Source: Perna viridis
Lineage: Eukaryota
Length of the DNA stretch: 64,000 nucleotides
Reading direction: 5' to 3'
NCBI GenBank assembly: GCA_037379345.1
Contig: CM074511.1
Location: forward strand, 42,290,862-42,354,861
A program made the position numbers and the translations under genes. Positions 12,049-24,103 of this stretch are shown piece after piece. The notes beneath the pieces are model-generated. The model saw only the letters and a list, made by a program, of their open reading frames with translations. It made no database searches and was not told the origin of the DNA. The stretch's first letter is position 1. Every line of letters begins with the position of its first letter.

Positions 12049-12882
12049 ATGGCATTAAGAATGGTCCTGTTAGGTAAAACAGGCAATGGAAAGAGTAGAA
12101 CTGGAAATATGATTTTAGAAAAGATGGCGTTTCAGTTCAGTTGTCAGTCAGATTCAGTAACAAAAACATGTCAAAAAGAAGAATGTAATAGATTCGGAAA
12201 ACAACTAAGTATAGTGGACACACCAGGATCATTTGACACGCGTACAGACAATAGTACAGTACTGGCTGAGATACGGCGATGTATTTCTCTAACAGTTCCA
12301 GGACCACATGCCATCATACTTTGTGTTCAGATGAATAGATTTACACAGGAGGACATTGATTCCCTGAACTTTTTTGTGATCCACTTCGGTGATGCGATGA
12401 TGAAGTATGTTGTAGTGCTGTTTACGAGGTATGACGATTGGAAAAATGATCATGGCCAAAACTTGAATGATTTTATTAGATCTCTTCCTCCTCATCTACG
12501 TTCCTTTATAGATAGTTGTAATAATAGGTATGTAGCGTTTGACAATACTCTAAAGGGCACTGAAGCCGATCAACAAGTTCGTGATCTAATCACCATTACA
12601 GAACGAATGGTTCAAGAAAACGGCGGAAGTTACTACACTAACAATGACTATTTAGAGGCAGAGAGGAGGGTCAGGGAGGAGGAACAGAGAATACGACGAG
12701 AACAGGAAGAACGTGACAGGCAAATCAGGGAAGAAATTAGAAAGAAACAAGAGGAAGAAATTCGAAGGGAACGGGAACAGAAGGAACGAGAGTTACAAGC
12801 AGAAATAGAGAAGGCAAGACAAGCGGCCGCGGCTCAGCATCGGAGGAGACGTCGTCGGAAAAATGATTGCACAATACAGTGA
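12049..12882 (+). CDS. GIMAP/AIG1 GTPase copy B, 277 aa, coiled coil plus poly-Arg and CaaX (CTIQ)
   Basis: Acceptor tttcag ends at 12045, then ACC ATG G. G1 GKTGNGKS, DTPG, PGPHAIIL..RFTQED, TRYD, FDN; tail REEEQRIRREQEER...RRRRRRKNDCTIQ*. Confidence 0.96.
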   Translation: MALRMVLLGKTGNGKSRTGNMILEKMAFQFSCQSDSVTKTCQKEECNRFGKQLSIVDTPGSFDTRTDNSTVLAEIRRCISLTVPGPHAIILCVQMNRFTQEDIDSLNFFVIHFGDAMMKYVVVLFTRYDDWKNDHGQNLNDFIRSLPPHLRSFIDSCNNRYVAFDNTLKGTEADQQVRDLITITERMVQENGGSYYTNNDYLEAERRVREEEQRIRREQEERDRQIREEIRKKQEEEIRREREQKERELQAEIEKARQAAAAQHRRRRRRKNDCTIQ

Positions 12883-15800
12883 TCAAATTCTTGTGGTTTT
12901 TATCGTGTCATAGTCAGGACAGTCTCCCGTCGAACCACACACTGTGACTATTTGTACATTAAACCTAATTATTTTGTTTCTGTCATACTAAATGCATATT
13001 TTATCATCACAAAAAATAAATTATGAAAAACAAAACTAGAAATTCGACTAGAATTACTTCGAATACAGTTCACCAAAAGAACACCCGTTGCTTCATGTTT
13101 ATTTGAACAGTCAACTACATGTACGTAACAAAAGTTGCAAAACCAACTAACATTCGTATATACATGTAACATATTTCTGAACTAAAAATATTCACACCTT
13201 TACACAGACAAACAATAATCATATAAAAACATTCTTTTACCATTTTTTTTTCCAGAATGTACAAACTCATATTACGTGAAATGAAGCAGTTTTCAGATAA
13301 TAAATCAGGAATAAACCTGTCTCTCTATTTGCCATGGCCTCCCGCACGTAAGGCGAGTACACTTTAACTACACCATCAAGGCGGTGTATTTAATTTAATG
13401 AAAACAGAAAAGATACATCTATGACACTGCAATAATCTTTAACAGCCACATCTGCATATGCAGTGTGTTGAGAAAAGTTTTTTTTTAAACAGAAACAGTT
13501 TAGGGAAAAATGTGTTTACACAAATGTTTCAAAACTTAAATACTGATGAGGTTGTTATTGAATACGATTGTGTACAGACTAACAGACCAATAGAAAATTA
13601 CAGATTTATTTTTAAAATATTTATTTACATATACCATGTTCATGAGTTTTAGTTCTTTTTATGAAAATAATAATTCTTCAGCAATGTATATGCAAGTGGG
13701 AAGCAAGCCTTTATAGTAAATCAAAAATAAATATTGACTGGTGTGTATTATTCGGCCTAGATTGACCAGTTAGGAAGAACCTCTGGGAGAAAATTTCACA
13801 AAAATATATTAGTAAGGACGGAGAGACGGACACATATAGTATATTTTTTCGACAATAATTTAACTAATCAAAAAGAGAAAAAGAAAAACTATTATTTTTT
13901 TAAGATTTATACAAAACGATAAGAAAATAAATTGCATTTTATGAAAGCTTCGTAAAAAGCATCTATTCTTTAGAAAACCCTGGAAGTAACTGTTTTAAAA
14001 GTTATGCAATATAAAATAATAAGCGAAATAAATCACGTATGTGTATATTTTCTGAAACATGATTTTATGTAATACTGCGATTTACATAATATGCGCATAC
14101 GTGACCTGTATCAAATCAGCACGACTTATTTATTCGAAATTATTATTTTATAAAGTAAACGGTCAGGAAACATGGGTTTGAATCAGACAACCTTTTCTCA
14201 AGAAATGAATGACAAACACATGATAAAGACAAGTGGTTGGCGATAAAACTGAGTAGATCGAAATACTATTTAAAAAGACGTTTTGTTTTACGACACCAAA
14301 ACGCTGATAAAATTACATTTCGTCTTGTAACATCAGAGGCCGATTCAACCACACAAAATAATATTCCCGCTTCCATACATGTACAGAAATAATCTAAGAA
14401 TTGCAATTTAATCCTCAAACTTTACTCTCATCAATATCAAACTTTAAATCCGGTGTCAAAATAGCTTTAGAAGTATGATCAGCGGTGTGAGCAGAATGGA
14501 TACTATACCCGCTAAAAATAAATCATTGATTAACACCTATTATCAACCTCTATATGCCTATGTCGAGTAACAGTCATATTATAGTATCAAATATTTTTAA
14601 AAATAAAAGCAACGCAGAGCGCTGCATGATACGATTACGACATGTTAAACTCTGTTCACTCGGGGCAAGTGTGGTCACACAATTAGTATTTGGCACTCTT
14701 AAGCATAGGAACTTACAGTAAATTATGAACATAACTAGTTTGAATACAATATAGCACAAAATTTGAAATTCAATTAAATGTGAAAAAGTATTGCTTAAAT
14801 GGTGTTAATTAAATACCTTTGCCTTCATCCCATGTAATTAAAAAACATAAGAGATGTAAATCTGATAGAAAAACACAGGAGGAGATGATCGTAAGAAATC
14901 CAAAGAGAACATATTTCAAATTAAAATAATAAAAAAGTCATTTTTTGTGGGGTGTGGTCCCTTTGGCCCCTTATAACTCAAAAACCGAAAGAGATGTCTG
15001 AAATCAAAGAAAACGCAGGAGTCCAACCAAGAAAAATGAAATTAGAACCGAAAAAACCAATTTTCTTTTTGGCTTGGCCCAATTTCGTACCCTTTTAACC
15101 CCAAACGGTTTTCAAAAGGGGTGGTGCAAAGACCTCCAAAACCTATAGGGTCCTCTGTCATGTCCCCTGGAACGATGTTTTAAAATTTCATAAAGTTCGG
15201 ATAAGTTTTACTCAAGTTATCAAGTTGTAAATACTAGTAAACTAAAGTAAACGGACAAGAACGACAGCGGACGACGACGACGACAGTGTGATACCATTAT
15301 ACGACCGACAAAAAATTGTGATTGTATAAAAACGAAGTAGCAATGCTGAAGATACAAACGAGGTTGAACGTGAACACTGCATTGCTAGGAACACAAAAAG
15401 AACAACAGATGAAGAACAGACGTACAACACAAAAGAGCTTATAACAACACGAACTTATAGCTAAACGCCGGATATTACTGGTATTCTGGTGTACCGGAAG
15501 GGTTAGCAGTTCTCGCTTCTCACAAGACACCCATCATATTTCTCGTGGAATATTAATTTCGGTAGAGGAAAAAATACATGACTTGGGAGGTTGATCGTTT
15601 GTTACACTCCATATCGGTCAATCACGTCATGCATAATGACCTTTGGAGTGACGAACTTGATCCTTGTCCCAGCACCTTATGTGAAGCAATCGGCCGAGCC
15701 ATGCTATCAGTATACAGGTCACAGTTTCTATCGAAGGATTTGAGTTGAAGGACAAATCTCCATTGATTGGACAATTTGGAATGTTCGTTAACTTTTCTGT

Positions 15801-16993
15801 TTAGTGAAACGAAACCAAATTCCATCAAATATTTGAATTGAGCCTTTTTAGTGGACTCTTTTTTACCCCATCTGAAAAAAGTTTAACTCGCGATGTACAC
15901 CACTGATGTAAAAAGTTGCCATATATCATTATTTTTTTAACAAATGAATGTTAGACTTTGCACAAAGACTCAAAAATGAATGAGCTTTCCAAAGATTTTT
16001 TAAGATTCAAACATAAGGTTATCTAACTGACAGGCCAAATTTTTGTGAAACTTGCTAATATTGTTAATACATGTAATATACATACATGTAGTATTTATCA
16101 GTGGACTTTAGTAGTATCATGTTTATTCATTATTACATGGAAATTTGTGGCAAGCCTTATGTCACGAGAAAAGGTTGATGTCCCATGCACAGAAATTTTT
16201 CTTTAAAAAGTATATGTCCCATGTCTTGATCAATTTTGACCTAAAAAAGTGATATTCAAAGAAAAATATCTGCAATGGCTTTTAAGGAAAATGTAAAAAA
16301 AATGGCTTATTGAGTTATGTATTGGTATCAGTCTTGGTATTGCATATTCAAAACTTAGAGGCTAAAAATATAGTGCGCTTCCTTATTGCCTTTTCCTGTT
16401 TTTGTTTTTCGAAAATGATTATAATTTTTCATCGAAAGTACAGGGTAAATATCAATCCATGACACAAAAAAAAACTTGTTTATAGGAAAAACAGTATTTT
16501 CATGAAAATAATGCTTCAGAAAGGGGGTCTATTTTACGAACTCAAAAAAAAAGTGAAAGTAGAAAAGTCTATTTTTAGTTTGACTGTTCTGGTGTACAAA
16601 GTCCGTGCTTTTTTTTTCTAAAATGGATCTAAAAATTATTTTTGACATTCCCTTAATAGGACAACATGGTCAAAAGTTAGATTGAAACTCCTTGTTTATT
16701 TTTTTTTAATCATGAAAATCTAAGGTTTACTATACGAAGCCTATTGGGCAAAGAATACAGGACTGACCCCTACTACATTATCGAAGGGCGAAATTTGCAA
16801 ATACATAGAATGACTCAGACATTCTTTTGTTACCTATTTTTAGCCTAGGATTACCAACAATTTTCATTTCATGTAAGTTTAAATAAAGAAATCTATATTT
16901 AGCATGCGATCGATCATGTACTAACTTATATTATGCGTATGGAAATTTTTAGGTACAGTTATATAAACTTAAAACCTAAATAGCATACTCGTA

Positions 16994-17075
16994 ACCTGGA
17001 AATTCCAGTGGTTTTATGTAAAACTTAAACCATTTTAACTCACACAATTCAGAATTATAACATATAAGAGAGAAG
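16994..17075 (+). promoter_or_regulatory. Candidate promoter and non-coding exon 1 of GIMAP C
   Basis: Palindromic kB-like CTGGAAATTCCAG (16996-17008); donor AAG|GTAGGT at 17075/17076; acceptor ttttag ends at 17896, just before the ATG. Confidence 0.45.
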
Positions 17076-17124
17076 GTAGGTTTTGTTTTTGTTTACAATT
17101 TTTTGTAATTCCGTCTTTTTAGAC

Positions 17125-17175
17125 GGGGCGTAATATGGTAATTACTATACCGGTGTCCGTCCGTCCGTCTGTCTA
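17125..17175 (+). mobile_element. Helentron/HINE-like non-autonomous element end
   Basis: Short palindrome CCGTC-TTTTTA-GACGG followed by a (GTCC)n microsatellite. Similar ends at about 15250-15325 (GACn), 52850-52925 and 62600-62680. Class assigned from memory of bivalve repeats. Confidence 0.5.
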
Positions 17176-17897
17176 TATATATATATGCATCCCTCGTTCA
17201 CACTTACATGTATCTAAATAAATTGTGCAACAGTAAACCATTGCAGTAATGCCAATAAAACTTTGCTGCATTGTTTATTTATGTTGATATAAGCTTCCTT
17301 TCAATTTTTGTAAATTTTCGATTTTGCGATTATAAGAGTTATGGGATATTGATAATAAAAAAGGGGGGTTACATTTTTGGACTAGTACTCAATAGTGGTT
17401 CCACTCATTTTCACTTTGGGAAATATTTTACCACTATTATTGTTAGCTTTATTTACAATTGTTGTAAAACTTTGATTTTGGTTTTCGAGTTTTTTTTTAC
17501 TTTATATATTTAAAAAAAGGAATTTCCGATAATTGAACAATAACTTAAAAACGCTTCAAGCAATTTTCTTTAAACCTGTTGTATTATTTTGTGTCTACAG
17601 TTACGTACCCCATCTGATTTTCCGTTAGGTAAAGGGTAACCGGTTAATACCCTCTCTTGTTCAGTAGGTTAGGGTGCTTTCTTGATGTTAAACATATCCT
17701 CTATGAGTCAGTTTACAAAACAATATTTATTCTTTCATCATATATTGTGCATATGTTGCCATGTCTCATAACTTAAGAACATGCAGTTTTCAAATTTTTC
17801 AATGCATTTATAAGGAAAATAGACAAATAATTCATTTCAAAAGGGAGGAGAGTAATATCGATACTTCTTGATATGTATCTCTGTTTAAATTTTTAGC

Positions 17898-18773
17898 ATG
17901 GTCGAACCTCCAAGTAATGAAGTACGCATTGTCCTTATTGGGAAAACCGGTAATGGAAAGAGCAAAACTGGAAACACCATACTAGGAGAAAAGGTATTCG
18001 ACTGTGGAGCTAGTGCTACATCTATAACAACCACTTGTCAATTAAGAGATGCAACCCGGTTCCAAAAGAAGATCAGTCTTGTGGATACACCAGGGGCCTT
18101 CGACAATAGGACAAACAACGAAGAAATTCAAAATGAGATTAAGAGATGTATCTGGCTGACAAGCCCTGGACCACATGCCATCATTTTATGTGTTCAAACC
18201 AATAGGTTTACCAAAGAAGATGTCGAGACAGTCGAGCACTTTTGCTCTTATTTCGGGGAAAATCTTGCGAAGTACGTGATTGTTTTATTCACTAGATTCG
18301 ACGACTGGAAAAGAGACTCTGGTAACTCAAATATACAAGGTTTTATTGATACATTACCATGTTCTTTGACAGATTTTCTACAAAAATGCAAAAACCGCTA
18401 TATTGCTTTTGACAACACATTAACCGGCGATGAAGCCAATGCCCAAGTTGAAGGACTGCTGTCGATGATTGAAAATATGGTCAGAGAAAATGGAGGTAGC
18501 CATTACACTAGCGAAGACTATCAACGCGCAGAAATAGCTTTACGGAAACAAATAATGGAGGACAAAGCCAAGAAAGAGAGGGAAATACTGGAGATGCAGC
18601 AAAGAATAAGAAAGGAAGCAGACGAAGAACTAAGGAAGATGTATGAAGAGAGAGAGCGAAAGTTGAAAGCTGACTTAGAGGAGATACGAAACGAGACAAA
18701 AAGTTCAAACAATTGGTTAGATTGTGTTATCGAAGCAGGAGTTAATCTGGTCCGAACAATATTTAGGTTTTAG
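17898..18773 (+). CDS. GIMAP/AIG1 GTPase copy C, 291 aa, coiled coil plus amphipathic C-terminal tail
   Basis: G1 GKTGNGKS, DTPG, PGPHAIIL..RFTKED, TRFD, FDN; closest to copy A; ends WLDCVIEAGVNLVRTIFRF*. Confidence 0.96.
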   Translation: MVEPPSNEVRIVLIGKTGNGKSKTGNTILGEKVFDCGASATSITTTCQLRDATRFQKKISLVDTPGAFDNRTNNEEIQNEIKRCIWLTSPGPHAIILCVQTNRFTKEDVETVEHFCSYFGENLAKYVIVLFTRFDDWKRDSGNSNIQGFIDTLPCSLTDFLQKCKNRYIAFDNTLTGDEANAQVEGLLSMIENMVRENGGSHYTSEDYQRAEIALRKQIMEDKAKKEREILEMQQRIRKEADEELRKMYEERERKLKADLEEIRNETKSSNNWLDCVIEAGVNLVRTIFRF

Positions 18774-18951
18774 TTTAGTTGAAAGCAACAGTAAATCACT
18801 ATACATGTATGTGTCGATGGTATATTTAAAACATTGTATGTGTATGTTCAAGACATGTCAGATTTTATCAACTATGTATGTATGATAAGAAAAAAAATCT
18901 AATACATTTTAATCATATTAACATTTGATGTGAATATTGTACATTCTAATA

Positions 18952-19124
18952 CAGTGAAATCTGTCTAAACCGAACCCTGAAAAATCCGAAAACCTGTGTA
19001 AATCAGATAGTTCTTGAAGTCTCTTTGTATCAATTTTAATGTATTGTAACCTGGGTAACTGAACTCCTTTCTAACCGAACAACCTTTAAGTCCGAAAGGG
19101 ATTCGGTTTAGACAGGTTTCACTG
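18952..19124. mobile_element. Tc1/mariner-pogo-type MITE
   Basis: TIRs CAGTGAAATCTGTCTAAACCGAA / TTCGGTTTAGACAGGTTTCACTG flanked by TA on both sides. Confidence 0.85.
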
Positions 19125-19510
19125 TATATCAAAGTACTCATGTACTGAATCAATTCATATCGATTGTTTGAATTTCTACGCCTCAATAATCGTAAAATTG
19201 CAAAATAGGAGATAAAAGGAAAATACATTGATCGAATTCAAACGTATCTTAGCACAAGCTTATTGTTGTAAATGGTTATTATAATAATATATTGAACTCT
19301 TTGATTTATTTTTAAATTCATCTGATTATGAAAACACACACACACCAAACTCATGATGTATCAGTGTGCCAATTTCGTAATATTCATGTTTTAACTATTA
19401 CTTTTGCTATCGTCAAAAAAAAAAAAAAAAAAAAAAAAACAGACCTATTTAAATGTTCTGTCCAGATAATAACACATCATTACATGTACCAATTTGTTAG
19501 GACCAGATTT

Positions 19511-19710
19511 CAATGAAATATGTCTAAAAAACCGAAACCCGAATAAAAAGAAAATTGTCTACCAGTAATAAAAACTATTTCGATGTCACATCATATCAAA
19601 TCCATTTACATGTGTATAAACAAGTGTGGTAAACAAAAAGTCACAAACATATGCCCAGACCACACATTTCGTTCAATCTCAAAATGGTTCGCGTTAGACA
19701 GGTTTTACTG
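19511..19710. mobile_element. Degenerate second copy of the same MITE family
   Basis: CAATGAAATATGTCTAAA ... TTAGACAGGTTTTACTG match the TIRs at 18952-19124. Confidence 0.6.
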
Positions 19711-20682
19711 TTTTGTGATAAAAAGAAACAGTGAAGTGGTTACATATGAATTACTATTCGAATTTTATTTTGTCATGAAAAAAGAGGGGTTGCTAATCTC
19801 CACAACCAAAGTACATGTGTTCATGTTTACTTTAAACTTATAACAAGTTAAGACTCTCTCGTTTCTTTTTGCTTTGGTAAACATGAAAAAAATGCAGAAG
19901 AAAAGGTTACAAACACTTTTTAAAGTTTATTAAAAAAGTGGAAATCTATAATACAAAACTATGAATGACCATATACAATATTTTAGATTTTATGTGCTGT
20001 ATACACAACACGTAAAATAAAAGACCACATATTGTCAAAAAAAGTGAAGCCTCTGTTTCATTGTATGTTTCTGTCAGTAGTTAGTGTAAGAACTTGTTAC
20101 TTAATCAATACTCTGAAGAAACATGTAATATAAGGTGCTATGACAACGGTTCTGCGTTTTTAATTTTGCTACAAAACAGTATTTTTAGAAGGATCTACAC
20201 AGCATTCTTAAAGATAAGAAAATTATTCCTTATTTTTTTCTTACAGTCTAAGTTTGATGTATTTTTTGTCTGTCAGGTTTATGATGTTAATCTTACCATT
20301 ACTCCATCTCACCATCTTCTGTAGCCGACATGGTTTTTATGACATAGTCTCCAGTTATTTGTCTTTCGGTTGACAAATGTGATTCGTTTGGATTACATTA
20401 TCAGGAGTAGAGTACATGCAACATAAACCCAATAGCGGATCCAGGTTGTTCCGAAGTAAGGAGATCCCTTTAGCTGGATTTTTGGGGTTAACCTCTAGAT
20501 CATCCAATGAAACTAAGACTGCCAGTATCATTTGATCCCGAACACGTACATCAACCGCCATCACTTTCCATTTATGGTTTTCTTTTGAATCTTTATTATC
20601 TTTAGTCATAGGTAAAAAGATAGCCGAATTGAGAATACTTTACAGCCATTGTAATGAATACTTTCCTTTTCGTATATAAAAA

Positions 20683-20715
<33 letters not shown>

Positions 20716-20736
20716 AAAATTAAAATTTTCAATGAC

Positions 20737-21071
20737 TCAACACAGCAGAAGGACTATAAAAAAGATATTTGCCGAGGGTTGACAATATATTTTCAATGAT
20801 GTAGCTAACCGCTCTCTCAATCTCCAAGCTACACGTACATTAACATAAACGCCGATGTCTTGGAATACAATTTCAACAATTATGTATGGTACAGACAACA
20901 CTAGCCATGCACTTTTAAGGCCCTGTAGCACCTGCAGCACACGCAGCTCTATTATGTTTACACATGGCCAATATAGCCCAATAGAATGATTATTTACAAA
21001 AAGCAATAGCACCAGACCAGAGACTGACACCATTCCCGAGAAATGCATAATCGAAATTCCTATGCCATCGT
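20737..21071 (-). pseudogene. Possible degraded GPR180/TMEM145-like multi-pass membrane protein exon
   Basis: Acceptor tttttag precedes an open hydrophobic frame DDGIGISIMHFSGMVSVSGLVLLLF...WPCVNIIELRVL...SAWLVLSVPYII...RERLATSLKIYCQ..IFFIVLLL. Motif order resembles the GPR180/TMEM145 C-terminal TM region from memory, but the spacing is shortened. Confidence 0.3.
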
Positions 21072-23248
21072 CTAAAAATATATTTGTTTGCCATCTCCGG
21101 GCTTCCGATGTCATGAGGCAGTAACCGTTATAAAAATACACGGTACAGTGAGTGATACATCGGGATGGTTTCAGGGGGTTTTGCTACCCTTTTGTAAAAC
21201 ATTTGGCAAAAATTAATGAGTGGCAAATGATAGCATTGGACCCCTTTCTTTACATAAGTTTCTCGATCGAATCCACTACCCCCTTTTTGTAAATATTTGG
21301 ACCCGCCAGGGCCTGAAATCTCAGAAGACAGCTTTAGCATTCCGAGGTTTTCATTTCTATCTGTATTATGCATCTAAAATATATAGACAACGTGAATATA
21401 TCGACAGTGAACGACTGATTGCATAGAGATAAACAAGTACTGATAAGAGATTAGAGGTCAACTATTTTAATTGGGTCGTTGTTAATACAAATGAACAATC
21501 CTGATTAATCAGCAAATTAAGTTCGCAGTAAAAGTTGTTTATTGGGTTTGTTTATTGGCTTAAATAAAATAGAATTAAATATGTTATATTAGAAATACCA
21601 ATAAAATGGATTTAACTATCTGCATTTGAATCTATATGGGGTATGCCTGTGGGACTATTTTATTGCGGCAGTATAAGGTAATTGCAAATGCTATCAGGCT
21701 TTACAAATTTAAAAGCTCTGGTGACTGCTATGTATATATATATCTTCGATCTAAATTGAAAAAAAAATATCGGTATCTGATACATGTGATATAGCAGAAT
21801 ATTACCATCGTACGGTACCAATTAAAATACAGCAAATTGACATGAAGTATATTTTTTATTTGCAGTTAGCTAAACGTAAAGAATTCTTCACCAATAAAAT
21901 GATTAAATAAAATGAAAACTACCAATGTTGTGTGTGAAGCAGGAGTTACTTCTCTTGTAACGCTGTTGTATATGGTCCCAATTTGAATGTATCTAACAGA
22001 ATTTTTCAGTACAGTAACTAACGGACTAATTCACAGAGAAAACAAGTAATAGGACAAAAGGACACACAGATAATTTATGTATATGAGTAATAAAGTAAGG
22101 AATTTTACATTAATTTAGATTTTTTTGTGTAAAATTGTCCCATAACATATTGTTCTACCAATTTTGTGACTTTTTTACTTGCAAATGATGTCACGCGACT
22201 TTTCGTCCGTCAGTGATTGTTTGTATGTCCATTTAATCTCACATTTTACAGCCCATCTAGCCCCTATTTTGTAAGCCATCTAGCCTATTATATTTTATGG
22301 TCCAATTAGTCTCCGTGCATGGTCCAGCTACATTATATATTATGTTTTATGATCCATTTTTGTAGTCTATTTTTGTGGTCCAACTAGTCTCCGTTTTATG
22401 TTTTATGGAACTTCAATTCCTCGTTTTCTTGGTGCTTCCGTTTTGAATTCACGGATTATTCCCTAGAGACTCAATTTTATGTTTCACACATCTTCCATTT
22501 TAAAAATTTATAAACGCAACCACTGTTTTGTAGCGAAACTAAAGAAAATATTTATATGCAACGTAAAAGGAAACTCAATAAATCTCTCGACCGATGGTTT
22601 ATCTAATTATAAGTAAGAATATAAAGAACGCTCTATCAATATATTTACTTGCTGTCCGGAAAGTTAATCAGTCTTTGTTTGGGCCAGCAGGTATGTAATT
22701 TTAGCCGAAAAAATCCATAGTCAGTTCCTATATAAGTTTTAATGATAACTAAAAAAGCTGTTGAATGCTCATCATTTCCCCTTTATCTACTAATTCAGTA
22801 GTCTAGCTAGCGTCGTTAGTTTAACCATTTATTAAACAGGACGGTGTTTTACTAATTTACTGTCTTAGTTGACATCAAGTTTCGACAAATTAAGCAATTT
22901 ATCCACAGGTGTTTTTAGATCATTTGTGAGTAATGCCTTTAGCGTGAATGGATTGTTTTTGTCTCTCATTAGAACAAACTTGATATCAGCTTTAGGCAGA
23001 CATGGAGCACTAAACAAGGCCCTCAATGAATAACTACTTTGAAAGATATTCATAAGTACATCAATGCGAGGTTTCAGACATTCATTAGCTTGATAAGGAC
23101 TGTAGGAGTCAAATGTTATTTCCCTTTTGAAAGATAACTTTATGATGTGTGGCGCAGCTTACCAACAGCTGGGATGACTTATTTAACTTTGATCAATTTA
23201 TGGTGAGTAACAAGCAAAAACTTTCTACACATCTAATGTAAAAGTTAT

Positions 23249-23305
23249 CGCCTGAATATGGCTGAAATATTGCTGCTCAGGCGTTAAACCCCAACAATCA
23301 ATCAA
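23249..23305 (+). mobile_element. 3' tail fragment of a mollusc-type SINE
   Basis: GGCTGAAATATTGCTG...GGCGTTAAAC..CAACAATCAATCA, ending in a CAAT microsatellite-like tail. Confidence 0.5.
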
Positions 23306-24103
23306 AGTAAAAGTCCTGCATGTGATATCTAATTTATGACTATCATATGGCTATCATATTATGTAAATATTAGTTTGTAACACATGATTATCGTAGTACG
23401 TTTGTAAATAAAACAACATATGATTATGATGTGATAAACACGTGAATATCATATGTGAACTGAAGCATATGTTTTCATGTGTTAAATACAAGTTGCAATC
23501 ATTGTGATTCCCATGTGTCGCACTTTTGCTGCACGTGGCTGTGACTGTGTGGAGCTCAATCGTCACAAAAAAATTATTATACTTCGTATTTGCTTGTTAC
23601 CTGAAGTAAAAACATTATATTTAAAAAGTCACACATTAGTAAATAATAATTCAGAGAGCAAATCAAAACAGAAAGGTTTCAACCGTTTTAATCGTTTTTT
23701 TATTACAGTCTTTTCTTACGGGACTATAGAATATTCTATAAACCAAGGCTATATATTGATAAAGAACAGATTCTGGGAGATCGAAGCTACCAATCACAAT
23801 GGAGGAAATACCAACACTACGCGTTAATAAAAGTCTCAAATGTGATGATGATGTAATGCGCTAAGTAATAGAACAGTATCTTTAAATTTTGAAAAAAGTA
23901 AGCAGTAATTTATGTAATTTGAATGAAAAATACACAAAATAATAAAATAATTACGGCACAGAATGATCATACGATATATGGTTGGCTCATGTACAAAGAA
24001 AATGTAGGTGTCAGCTATTCCTTTTTATATCATATATTAAGATTAAGATAACTTTTTTTGTATATTTTGCATTACAAACGTTTGCTTCAACTCTATATCG
24101 TCT

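Noticed and set aside
2758-18773. Functional link between the elongase and the GIMAPs (lipid or lipid-droplet immunity)
   Set aside because: Adjacency alone is weak evidence in an animal genome; no shared regulation is visible
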